Positions 25,215 through 37,729 of a DNA stretch of 64,000 bases are shown piece after piece. Under the pieces are notes generated by a model that was not told the DNA's origin, did not search any database, and saw only the letters and a list, made by a program, of their open reading frames with translations. The DNA lies in NCBI GenBank assembly GCA_013239625.1, contig MU053561.1, positions 126,826 through 190,825 on the forward strand, given 5' to 3'. The DNA comes from Lama guanicoe (taxonomy: Eukaryota). The position numbers and the translations under genes are program-made. Position 1 is the stretch's first letter, and every line of letters starts with the position of its first letter.

Positions 25215-27270
25215 CACTGAAACTTTCAGTTCCAGTCAAGATGGAGGAGCACATATCAGACTGACTCTTCCTCCTTGGGGGGAGGGTGTTGGGGGCTAGC
25301 ATAGAATAGTATATGTAAATATTTATAAATATATAAGTATTATATATAAATATAGAAAAATATAAAAACAACCCTTTGACAGTCCTGATGAGTAACCACA
25401 GAAGACAGGACTTGAATCTATGATTCTTCAAAGGAGAGAAGCACACGAAGTGAGCTCCATATTCACCCTGGGATTTTTCTCCTGAGGGAATTTTCCATGT
25501 TAGGTGCTAGAGAATAAAGGCTGAGTAAAAGATGCAGTATTACTGAGCTGAAGGATTAAATGTCAAAGTTCAGAGCTGCCAAAGTGGCCAAGACTTGAAG
25601 GAGAACTCCCAGAGATGGGAGCATGGCAGAGAAGTAGCTCAATAATCTAGGTACAAATTCCCCTCAAGATAGTGGTCAGCTCCTACACCCAGGATACACA
25701 AAGCAAGATGCCAAAACACATACCAGAGAACAGTTTGGAGACTGACAAGCTAAGTAGAGATTTCAGAATCCAACATAAGCTGGACTTCAAGCCTCTTCAA
25801 GGCAGAAAGATACCCAGAGCTTTCAGCTGAGACGCCCAAAAGGCCATACCCTTAGCGTAAGGGCAGTACAGTAATGAAACAGAATAGATCCAACAAGGCT
25901 TAAAACCCAGTCTTTACAGGATCAAAGTGACCCTCCGGTGTTCTTTCTGCCTATCAGAACAAAACTTAACTCTCTGGAGGCTAGATGACATTATTCAGAG
26001 CCTCCACAATTTTTTCATCTATAATATCTAGTATCCAATATAAAATTATGAGGCATGCTAAAAATGAAATCCAAATGACTAAACAAACACTAAGAGAAAT
26101 GTTAATAGAAACAGATCTAGATATTAGAGTTGACAGGACTTAACCATCACTAATAGGTTTTAGAAAATAGAGAAAAAGATGGGTAACAATAAAAAGATGG
26201 ATAATTTACTTCAATATAGAATTGGAATTTATAAAAAAAATCAGATGGACATTCTAAATATAAAAGTTACAGTAACTGTGAGACAGGAGGGAAGGGGGCA
26301 GGGCACAACCATTCAAGAAATGACACAGCAATTAACACCAAATGGTGGAAGACTCAACTCCCAGCAGGCCTTGAGGCTTAAGATGGCAGGAGATTTGACT
26401 TCCAGTAGAACTTGAGCTTCATTTATGCTCATTGTAATGTATTAGCATAATAAATAACATGCCCACAGGCACCATGACAGTTCCAAGGCTAACCATGAAA
26501 GGTTAAAGAGTGGGTGGTGTCCCTTTTCCTGGGAATCCCAGCCCCTTCCCCAGGGTAGTTAGAATAGTTCTCCCACTTGTTGGCATGTGAAGTTACCAAG
26601 TCCATAAAAACTGGCAACACCATGCCTGATGGTCTCTCTCACTCTCTTCTGAGACGTCTTCTGAGATGGCCCACACTTTGTCTATGGAGTGTGTATCTAC
26701 TTTCACTTTAACCTGACTACCCAACTCCCCACCTCATGGATTGTCTCTCGCCTTCTGTAACAGCCTGCACTCTATGTAGTATGTATCTCTCTAAATAAAT
26801 GTACCTTTACTCATCTGTGGCTCCCTCTTGAATTCTTTCCTGGGCAAAGCCAAGGACCCACACTTGGCGGGGCATGTCCCAGGGATTCAACCAAGACCTG
26901 GACCTGGCTCTCCTCTCACCCCACATTCATTTTTTCTGCATCATTTGGAAATAAGAACCCACAGGGTGTGTTTAACAGCAGTCTGCGCGCAGCAGAGGTC
27001 AGGATTATTAGTGAAGTGGAAAATAGGTCAATAGAAGATTTCAAAATGAAAGGCAGGAAAAAAAGAAAAAACAAGAGCAGCGCATAAAAGACACATGGAA
27101 TACAGTCAAAAAGTATAATATATGTGTAATTGCAGTTCCCTGAAAAAGAGGAGAGAGAGAAAGGGCTAGAAGCAATGTTTAAGGAGATAAAGACCAATAA
27201 TTTTCTAAAACTGATAGATGACATTTACTTCTCTGATCCCAGAAATTCAGCAAACGCCATGTGGAATAAA
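25215..27270 (+). mobile_element. Ancient L1 5' end/ORF1 remnant interrupted by an LTR
   Basis: cagttccagtcaagatggag 5' motif; ORF1-like text (aaaaatcagatggacattcta...; atatgtgtaattgcagttccctgaaaaagaggagagagag). Confidence 0.7.
26279..26943 (+). mobile_element. Solo ERV LTR (probably lineage-specific ERV1-type)
   Basis: TG...CA ends, TATA-like cataaaaa 26603-26610, AATAAA 26794-26799 and a U5-like cttgaattctttcctgggcaaagccaaggacc; interrupts L1 ORF1. Confidence 0.8.
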
Positions 27271-27629
27271 AGACCAATATTCCTCAGAAATATTAGAAGC
27301 AGTTTCTAAAATTCAGAAATTTACTAAATTCTCCAGTAAAAACACAGGGGCAAATCTTGACCAGGAAGTAGTTTTCATAGACCTAATAAATTCTGTAGCA
27401 TTTATGCAGTGGCAGGAGTCACTGTGCAAGGGCTGAAAGTGAACACACACAAGAGACTACAAAAATTATGTCACTAAACAGAACCTATCTTCAAATTAGC
27501 CCTTGAGTGCCACAGAAAAGGGGGTCAAAGGGGAAACGGAAGTTAATAAGCTTTGATTATGCTGGTGTAGAATCAAAGCCAATAGCTCATTAAACTGATG
27601 AAATAAAATTCATATTTTATGGCACAACA

Positions 27630-27990
27630 AGAAAAATTTAAACATAAAAATTTTCTTTGCCCATTTGGGCCTCAACCCTCCCCATTAATGTGTGCTGTGC
27701 ATTTGCTTTAACCAGACCTCCTTAGGAGATAACCTTCCCTCTTAATCTTGTAAGGGGCCAGGATGACCCTGACCCACTCCTCTCTGTGGGTGTGTAGATC
27801 TGATTGTGTAAACTGTCAATAATATGTCACATGATGTATAACCATTTGTCTCAAAAACTTATTTAACTGTGCTTTGACCTCTAGTGGGTGGAACAGTCCT
27901 CAGAGCTTTCTGAAAGACTATCTCTCGAGTTACAATCCTCAGGCTGGCTTGGGTTAAAATTTTCCATTTCTTTCTTAGATAGACTCTTGA
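27630..27990 (+). mobile_element. Probable short solo LTR
   Basis: LTR-like composition (aaaacttatttaactgtgctttgacc...gctttctgaaagactatctctc...taaaattttccatttc); family not identified. Confidence 0.5.
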
Positions 27991-29524
27991 TTAATTTTTT
28001 TCATCTATAAAATCTGAAACTGAGACTGTCAACCTGTAAATTTCTAAATTTTGTGACAATGCAAGAAGATCACAAGTGTCCTTCTCTGAAAGAGGACATA
28101 ATTTACATAGGTGAGTTCCACCTCTACCTGCCACACATTAAACACAGTATCATAATTAACTTCTTCATGGGAAACATTTCTCTCAGTGAGACTATGTTTA
28201 CAAGTCATAGTTTCAGATAACAGGCATAAAATGATTAGTAAGCCAGAAAAACTAAAACTGAAAAGGTTTTCTCTTCTTTCTCTACTCTTGACACTGAGTT
28301 TCTGCTACGATGTTTGGAAACAGCTATGTGGTTCTGAAATGTCCTAACCAAATACTACACTGTGTTCTGATAACACCACTTGCTTAAGTAGCTTTATGGT
28401 CTTGGGGTTGATGTTTTTATTTTAATGTTTTAGCTTAATTAAATTAATACTAATTTAATATTTTAAACATTTTAATAATTTAGTATTAAGTGTCTTATTA
28501 CATTTTGGATTGCTTAAAAATAAGAGACATGAGAAATTTTGACTGAATCAATCCAAATTTAAGCTACTAAAGAAATTTTCCAATGAAAACAGCTCAGGCT
28601 ATAGCTGATGAAGGAATCCTGATTCCACCCAGGCACCTGTTTAAAAACACTGCTGGCTGAGACTGAGTAGGATAGATAATAGAGGAATAATCATTTTTGC
28701 ATTTCAATTTTTGTAAATTTTAAGGATTCTGGATTTTCTATGGGGTTTAATTTACAAGGAAGAGGAGAGCTAATCTCCCAACTTTATTTCTATCCTGGAA
28801 ATTTGATAATGAAAAAGGTTAATATACAAATTTGAAATATCTTCTGATATAATTTGTGTCTTTCTCCTGACATTTTATTTCATTACATAATTTTTAGTGT
28901 ATTAGATTAGACAACATAACAGGTTAATAGTTTAACCTAGGAAATGGAACAGGAAATAGTAGGGACTATATTTTTTGGTGTTACAGTAGGGCTATGGAAT
29001 TAATGAATGTACTAGCTTGACCTATTTCAGAGCTTCCTTAGCATTAAAAAAGTTAGCTATCCTCCTGTGGGTTTTGGAGTGGGGCCACATGAAGGTGCAG
29101 GAGAACTTATCCTGAGACTGCTATCTCCTCCCCAAGGAATAAAGCAAATCTCTGGTTTGACTTAATGGCAAAGCCCAAAGGGCTAAGAGAGCAAAAACCT
29201 AGATAATGCTAGGAAGAAGTTCTTTTGCCACTGCTCATCTTTCCATGATGGAGAAACTTCCATTCAGGCTCACTTAACAGTAATACTCCTTGTTCTTTCT
29301 CATCCCTTTCACTCATCATTCCTCCAGGAAGGAATGATTTATCTGAATTATAATTTTTTTTAATTTGGGTTTTTTTAAAGTTTTAATAACAATGAATTCA
29401 TTGTAGTTTTTTGCTTGCTTTAGTAACAATAAATTTATTTTAAAACAAGACTACAATATTTGATATCAAGTACATTTTAAAAAAACCCAAAACAAGAAAG
29501 ATTGTTATTTTAAAAGCCTATATG

Positions 29525-31660
29525 ATTACACCCATTGGGATGGCTACTATCCAAAACAAACAACCCAGAAAATAACAAGTGTTGGCAAAGATGTGGTGAA
29601 ATTGGAACACTTGTGTACTGCTAGTGGGAATGCAAAATGGTGCAGCCACAAAGGAAAACTATATGGTGGCTCCTCAAAAAGTTCAAAATAAAATGAGTAT
29701 ATCCAGCAATCCCACTTCTAGGTATACAATACCCAAAAGAACTGAAAGCAGGGTCTCAAGGAAATATTTTGCACCCATGTTCATAGCAGTATTATCCACA
29801 GTAGCCAAAAAGTGGAAGCAACCCAAGTGTCCATCCATAGGTAAATGGAGAAACAAAATGTAATAAATCAATATTACGCCCACCCACACTGAGGAGAACA
29901 ATCACCTTTACTCAGTTCACCAATTCAAATGCTAATCTCTTTCAGAAACACCCTCACAGACACACCCAGAAATAATGTTTAAACAGATCTCTGGGCATCC
30001 TGTGGCCTGAATAGAAAGCTTGACTAGAAGAAAAAGACAGAGGAAGGTTGAATCCTCTCTCTCTGCCTAACTGCTTGAGCTGAACCTTACACAATCAGTG
30101 CTCTGGTTCTCAGGCCTTCAGACCCTGACTGGAATAAACCACTGGCTTCCCTGTATCTCCAGCTTGCAGATGGACATTCTAATAGGGATGTTGTAGTATC
30201 TCATCTTTGTTATATTTTGCAGTTACTAATGACATGATGTTGAGCATCTTTTCCTATGCATATCTGCCGTCTGTGTATCTTCCTTGGTGTGGTGTCTGTC
30301 CAGATCTTTTGCCTATTTTTAATCTTTTAAAAAAAATCATTGAGTTCTAAGTGTTCTTTGTGTATTTTGGATAGCAGTTCTTTATCAGATACGTACTTTG
30401 CAAATACTTTCTCTCAGTTTGTAGTTTGTCTTCTCATTCTCTTGATAGTGCCTTTCACAGAGCAGAAGTTTTTAATAAAATGCATTTCAATCTATCAATT
30501 CTTTCTTTCATGGCTCATATCTATGTGTATGTAAAAAATCATCACCAAAGTCAAGGTAATCTAGATTTTCTCTTATATTCTCTTATCTTCTAGGAGTTTC
30601 ACAATTTTGCATTTACATTTATGTTTATGATCCATTTTGAGTTAATTTTTCTGAAAATTCTATATCTAGATTATTTTGCATGTGGGTGTCCAGTTGTTTC
30701 AGCACCTTTTGTTGGAAAGACTATCCTTTCTCCATTGATTTGTTTTTGCTCCTTTGCAAAAATTCAGCTGACTATATTTTGTAGGCCTATTTTTAGGCTA
30801 TCCTGTTCCATTGATCTGTTCATCTACCAATGTCACACTGTCTTGATGACTCAGGTAACGTCAGTTCTCTGACTTTGTTCTTCCAGTTGGGTATTCTGGG
30901 TCTTTTGCCTCTGCATATACACTTTAGAATCAATTTGTCAATATCCACAAAATAATTTGCTGATATGTTGATTGAGATTGTATTGAATTTGTAGACCAAG
31001 TTGGGAAGAAATGGCAACTTGACAATTGACTCTTCCTATCCATGAACATGAAATATCTCTCCATTTACTTAGTTCTTCTTTGATTTCACAGTTTTTTTTC
31101 AGTATATTCCCAGAATTGTGCAACCATCACTGCTATCTAATTTCAGAACCTTTTTATCACTCCCACAAAAAACCCCTTAGCCATTATCACTCATCATTTC
31201 CATCCCCATCATCTGCTCTCCCTCCTCTCAGCCCCTGGCAACCATTGATCTACTTTCTGTCTTTATAGATTTGCTTATCCTGGACATTTCATATACATGG
31301 AATCATACAATACATAGTCTTTTGTGTTTATTTTTTTTACTTAGCAGACATTTTTGAGGTTCCTTTACTTTGAGCCATGTCACAGTAATCCATTCACTTT
31401 CATTGATGAAAATACACTGTAGGGAAATATCACATTCTGTTTAATCAGTTGATAAACATTTGGAATTTCTGCATTTTTGGCCATTATGAACAATGCTGCC
31501 ATGAAGATTCATGTACACACTTTTGAGTAGACATATGTTTTTAACTCTTTTTGGTGGATACCTAGGAGTGGAATTTCTGGCCACATGGTAACTCTACGTT
31601 TAACTTTTTGAGAAACTGCCAAACTGTTTTAAAAAGTGAGCTACATGATTTTACATTATA
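29525..31660. mobile_element. Cluster of L1 fragments (+ 29525-29865; - 30175-31085; - 31090-31660) with MLT2 LTR pieces (29876-30172)
   Basis: L1 ORF2 C-terminal/3' UTR text on both strands; MLT2 motifs acacccagaaataatgttt and ctccagcttgcagatgg. Confidence 0.8.
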
Positions 31661-34139
31661 CACACAGACACAGACACAAACACACACACACACAAAATGC
31701 CTGTGGTGCAATTTGTGGTAAATGGAAACTGTATCCCGTTTAATCTGGATAAATACAAACTACCTTCTTGACTTTTTTAGTTCATTCTTCAAAAAAAGTG
31801 GTTTAGAAATTATACAAATTTTATAAAAGTTCTGACAGCACTTAAATATCATCCATCATACACATCTGCTTCCCAGAGTGTTGAACCACTTTAGAGATTC
31901 AACTGAGGCTTCTGTGCTATTGGTATTTTCAGGTTTTCTCAGCAGCATTTCCCATCTGTTTTCATATGGCGTATTGAAAAAAATCAAGTAGCAACATACA
32001 ACTTGCTAAAAACCCAAACTCAGTTGTAGTAATTTCAGCTGCAATTTTGCCATTTGTGGCAACAAAAATGATGGATATCAACAAAAATATACATTCTATC
32101 CCTGAAGTAATATAAAAATCTAATAATTTTACTTTTGGAGCAAAAACCTTCTCATAAACTGGGGTATATACAACACACAGTCAGAATGAGGAGACTAGTA
32201 AGAAAGGCATTGTATCAGACAAAATTTTAAAAAGTCAAATCCTCCACAAACTAGTATATTGTGATACAACTTCTTCCCAGCTAAAAGCTGGCAGAAAGAG
32301 AACAGATGGAAGTCTGTGATCTCCAGCCAGCAAACTGGAGGAAACAAAGGTGCTAAGATCCCTTCTGTTCCATCTCCCCACCCCTTAGGGCCTAGGTCCT
32401 CCTTTGTGTAGGGCTGTATCCAGTAATAGGTGAGTATTTTTAAGATGCTGGCCTCAGTACAGTTACATTTCAGTTTGTCTCTGCAAGGTGGTGAGGAGCC
32501 TGCCTACCTGCCTCTTGGGGGAAGGCCTGCCGTTTCCCAGCTTGATGGATAATTCTGCCTAATTTTGGGGTAAAATGTTCGTAAGACTTTTGGATCATCA
32601 TGGATCTAAATCCATGTGCCCCACTTAGTTTGATCAGTAGTAAAAGTATTACTGTTATTTCTCTGTTTGGCTTCTATGTCTATTTTCCAATTTGTTATCA
32701 AGTTATAAGAGGAAGAAAGGATTGTTGTCTTGATCCTCTAAAGCTCCAACTCAAAGCTGCTGTTTTAATAGTCTCAAGAAGCAACGGGTTACATAAATAT
32801 CATCTACCTAAAGTCTCTGAGGTAAGCCTCCTTAAAGAAATGGCACATAGAACTCTGGGTCTGATTCAGATTTCCAGAACAAGAGGATCATACTCCCTAA
32901 CAAAGTAGGAAGAAAAAGGTCCCATATCAGACGGTGATGGAGTGAGAGGATGGGCTAAGACGCTGGGAAGATGACTGCAAGAGACTGATCAACAAAAATT
33001 GTGTCTTTGGAAAGTAGAAAATTCACAAGAAAGAACGAGCAATAAGTTAGGCTGTGCCCCATTTTGTCACATTTAATATCACACTGGATTCGGTTTTTTG
33101 GCAGGTAGAGCTGAATAAATCAGGCCAATATATATATTTTTCTTTTAACAAGGAAGGATAACAAAGATTAGTAATAACAAAGATCCGACTCTTAAGATTA
33201 TAAAGAAAGTTGTTCACTAATTTCTGAAACAGTGGTTTGGGCAGAAGAGAATAAAGAAGTAGGAGCTGAAGGGCTGTAAGAGGAGGAATCCAAACAACAG
33301 TGGAAGTTGCTGACACAGTGGCAGCTAAGACAGGAAATTGTCATGGCTGCTAGGAACAACTCAGTGAGCTTGGACTCCACAGAAAGGGAGTGGGGCTGCA
33401 GGTCTGAGGAAAGATTTGGGTAGACACTCAGGAGAAAACAAACACCCAAGGCTGTTATTATTCCAGACTGAGGGAAAGCAATGGGGGTGGTGGACTGGGT
33501 GATAATGGGAGAGAGACAGAACCAGGTAGAACATAACCTCTACCAGCAAACATCATGCTCCTTTTGTTCACCTTTGTATAATCCAGCTACTCCTGGGCAA
33601 CTGAACAATAAATATTTGTTGACTAATTGGATGAATGAAGAGAATGAGGATGGATATGTCTTCACTTAGCACAGAACCAACTGTGAATTGTGCTGTATAC
33701 AGTCAACAAAATATTGTCTCAATCCAAAAGCATGCCATTAATTCAATGATTTATTCAATAAACATTAACTGAGCATTTGCTAGGTTCCAGGTACAGGATA
33801 CTAGGCTCTGGAGAATAAAAAATCACTACCGTTTCTTCTCTAAAAGGATTTGGAGGCTAATAGGGGAAGAAAGAAATCTGTTAAAATTTTGTTTTAAGTT
33901 CAATAAAATATTTTAGATGCTATCAAAACTACTGCAACTATCCTCACATTCCCACCATCCCAAACTCCAAGGGATGGACCAGCTGGGACTGGTCTCTGCC
34001 TGGCTTTCCTGACTAAGTAGGGAAACTGGACACACAGGATGAAAGGCAGTTTCATGAGATAGCTTGCAGAAGGCAGCGAGTAGTTTTGCTGAGACTCGAT
34101 ATCTGAAGCAGGGTATCTAAAGTTGTCATTATTTTAAAC

Positions 34140-34600
34140 AGGGGCTTTGACATTACTTACAATGCGCACCTTGTTCGTTTTTCCTCCTTCCTCCCCCAAA
34201 TCTTTACTTTCACTTTAACGTCTGGACCGCCTGTGTGGAAGACACAGGTAGTCTGTCACTGAAGAATGAACAAGACAAATTACTGCCTTCTTAGAGTTCG
34301 CACCGTGAGAAGTTTCAGTCAGGGAAGATAATTTAAAATAATCACCAGTACAGACGGCGTCTGTACGTCCTGCTGAGGTCCAACCACGTCAGGGCCTGCG
34401 TGGAGCAGCTAACTGGAGGCGCGGCCGCAGGACGGGCTCCAGGGCGGGAGGCGGGGATTCCCTGCAGAAAGCCAATGGCCACCTGGAAATCAGAGCTTTG
34501 GAGACTGACTGTCATGAAAACTGACCAATCAGAACCTAATCTGGGGGAACTGCTGCGGCAGAGCCCGGAGAGCTTGGACGCTGTTAGGTAGAGGTGCAGG
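34140..34600. promoter_or_regulatory. Orphan CpG-rich promoter-like/enhancer element
   Basis: Local CpG cluster (NotI site GCGGCCGC) with GC boxes (34442-34455), two CCAAT boxes (34472-34476, 34525-34529) and CCACGTCA (34384-34391). Confidence 0.6.
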
Positions 34601-35695
34601 CTGAAGAGAGGTTACTCAGGGAAGCTTCTCTTTACTACTCTGTAAGAAAAAGTCTCAGTTTTTAAATAACCGTTTCAGCCATACTAGTGCATATGGATGG
34701 ATATCAGCCCAGATATAGTGGCTATTTTTTTTTTTTTGTCTGCCAAGAGCATCACCTCCTGAGAAATGCGTTTTCCGTTTTTGCAATGATGTAATTCAAA
34801 CAGGAACTGCTATTTACTTGCAGACCTCTTCTCGTAAGCGATTGTGTTTGGTCTGGGGGTTGATATAGGCCAGGGGTTACTAGGACTGCTTTTTATTCAT
34901 CTTCATTACCTAGTTTAGTGTCTGGCATATAATTAGCACTCAGGAATTGTTTAAAAAATAAATGGACACAAGCCTAACTATTGCTTCCTTTGATCTCACT
35001 TGTAAAATCTCTGCAACCCCCTCTAACTCTGCTTTAATGGAAAGTCTCATTCTATTTTAGTAGCTTAATTTAAGTTGATTTAGATATGTGCTTTACTCGG
35101 TTTCTTTAAGTTTTGAAAAATTGCTGTTAGTTTTGTAATTAAAATTTCTGTTTACCCCCCCCCCCAGTACAATGCCTACAAGCTCCAAAATTCTTGAATT
35201 TGACCCGTTTCACAGAGGTGTTGTTAGGTTTCAGACAGACAAAGAATGTACATAAGCTTTATCTGTTCTAAAGTTCTGAACAAATATTTGTTGATACCCC
35301 TTTTTCATTCAATGTAAAAGAGTTGAGAGCCTTCCGTGTATTGATAACAGTGTTCACAATTATTAACTTGTCCTGTATTGCCCAAAGGACCAAAGGGCAG
35401 GAGCTCAGAGGCAACATCTTCATGTGAATGAGATGATGCTGGTCAAGTCAGAAGCAAAAGTCACTCAGAATTTAGGGTTCCAGAGGTCTAAGTGTTGGGC
35501 AGTTTCAGACAGAGACAACTCTGGCCTCCTTCTGATGGCTTCTCAGTGACCTAAGAAGACACTGTCTTCTTTTCAGTGTGTCTAAAGGGTGTCAGAAACA
35601 TCTAGGAGGAAGAAAGTAAGGGATGTGAGTATGAATGTTGTTGTTTCAAGAAAGGGTTGCTCTAGGGTAACTCTGCATTTCCTTATTATTATTAT

Positions 35696-36059
35696 CTTTT
35701 ATCTGTGGGATCTAAAAAAAAAAAGACAAGAAACAGACAAATGAACGTAAATACAGAACAGAGGTAGACTCAGACATAGAGTACAAACTTGTGGTTGCCA
35801 GGGAGGAGTTGGGTGGGAAGGGCCAGACTGGGAGTTTGAAATTTGTAGATACTGACAGGTATATATAGAATAGATAAACAAGATTATACTGTATAGCAAA
35901 GGGAAATATATACAAGATCTTGTGGTAGCTCACGGTGAAAGGGAATGCGACAATGAATATATGTATGTTCATGTATAACTGAAAAATTGTGCTCTACACT
36001 GGAAGTTGACACAGCACTGTAAACTGACTATAACTCAATAAAATAAAATTAAAAAAAAA
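35696..36059 (+). mobile_element. 5'-truncated lineage-specific L1 3' end with poly(A)
   Basis: gtagactcagacatagag...agaatagataaacaagattatactgtatagcaaagggaaatatatacaa...actataactcaataaa plus an A tail; similar to the copy at 45041. Confidence 0.88.
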
Positions 36060-36087
36060 GAAAGGTTTGCTCCAGGGTGACTCTGTA

Positions 36088-36088
<1 letters not shown>

Positions 36089-36133
<45 letters not shown>

Positions 36134-36152
36134 GTTATTGTTATTGTTATTA
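36089..36152. repeat. (TTA)n / (TTATTG)n microsatellite
   Basis: Directly visible. Confidence 0.95.
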
Positions 36153-37729
36153 TTTGGTTGTAACCAACAGAAACTAAGCAAAATTAGGCATGGGGGTTAT
36201 TATAAACAAACAATGGAGGCTCATAGAATCCATGGGTGGGAATGTTTACGGGCCTAGAACCAGGAATTGGAAAGAAGGTGGGATTCTTGCTCAAAATTTT
36301 CTTCTCTGTGCATTCTTCTCTCTCTGCTTCTCTGATCGACATAGTTGTACCCTTAGTTAAAATATTTGCATTTTTAATTTCCTATTACTGGAATTGTTCC
36401 AGCAGAGGCTGTATGACCATTTGAGGCTAAGGTAGAAGACATGTCCTTGTTGAGTGGGAGAAAGGGATATTAGATTAGGTTACATGGATAAGCTATTCTA
36501 AATGTAAGAGATTAGGATTTTACAAGCTTAGGCTCCCATATACACAAGGATTGCCTTTTATTTCACTTTATCACTGTCTCTGTTAATAGCACCATCAGTT
36601 TCTTTGTCTTATCTATATCCTAGTCCTTCATCTATTGTGTGGATTCAATCCTTAGGTCTTTCTCCCAAAATCCTTTCAAGAAATAATACTAATTTTCTTT
36701 TAATAGCTGTGGAGTTGTAAAAAATGTAACAAAAGCATGAGCTTTTTAACCTATAGTTAGTTAAGACAGAGTCATATCAGGATTAAGAGCATAGGTTTGA
36801 GAGTTCAACCTCAGCTCAAATCCCATTCCCATTACCATTACCACCTTGGAAAAATTATTCTCTGAGGCTTTTTCTCCAACAACAAAGTAGGGACCTAATA
36901 TTAAATAACTTTACTAGTTGTTTGGTTAAATAACCAACATCCATAAAGCACTTAGCAGTGTTTCCATTAATGCAAACACCAATTAGTGCTTAATAAGATG
37001 TAATTATTAATAAAAGTAATAAAATACAACACTTGTATAACTTCTTTTTTAGTTTACAAAATGTGAGAACCTGCATTTTCTTGATAAATAATCACAAAAA
37101 TTCTGAGAGGCAGATATTATCTTCAGTTTAGAGATAGGGACACCAAAGAAAAGGGAGATGGTAACGCTTCCTCAAGTGGAATCGTCCAGAGGTTGCTCCA
37201 ATAGAGGGCTAATGCACAGTAACTGAAAGTTTTGCAAGTCTGTCCCACTACCCATGATAGATACAGCAAAGATCCCAGCTTTTGCAAGGGTAACTGATCT
37301 AGGTGGTGTCTGAAGTCCTGTACTTGGCCATTTATTCACACATACGATGAATATTTTTCACCAGAAACTATTCAACTATTATGCTGCGGATACAGCATAA
37401 ACAAACAAGCACCCCCCCCAAAACAACACACACATATCCACACACAAACAGACAAAAATTTCTGCCTAGAAATATACAAATCCAGAAAATATCCTGAATA
37501 GGATATATAATTTAGAAATTATATATATTATAATTATAAAATTAAATATGAAAATATATAGCCTGACTTTAGTTTTTTCACATACCCTTCATCTAAGTAC
37601 CCATTAACTCTTATGCTCCTTCCCAGGCCTCTACCCAAATTTAAGTATCAGAAACTAGAAAATTCTATTTCAGTTTGCGTGCCACACCCCCTTGATTTTT
37701 TTATTCAAAGCTGGAAATCCAGAAAAGTG

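Noticed and set aside
28444..28489. AT-rich inverted repeat (ttaatactaa...ttagtattaa)
   Set aside because: Very AT-rich context makes chance pairing likely; no support for a miRNA or MITE.
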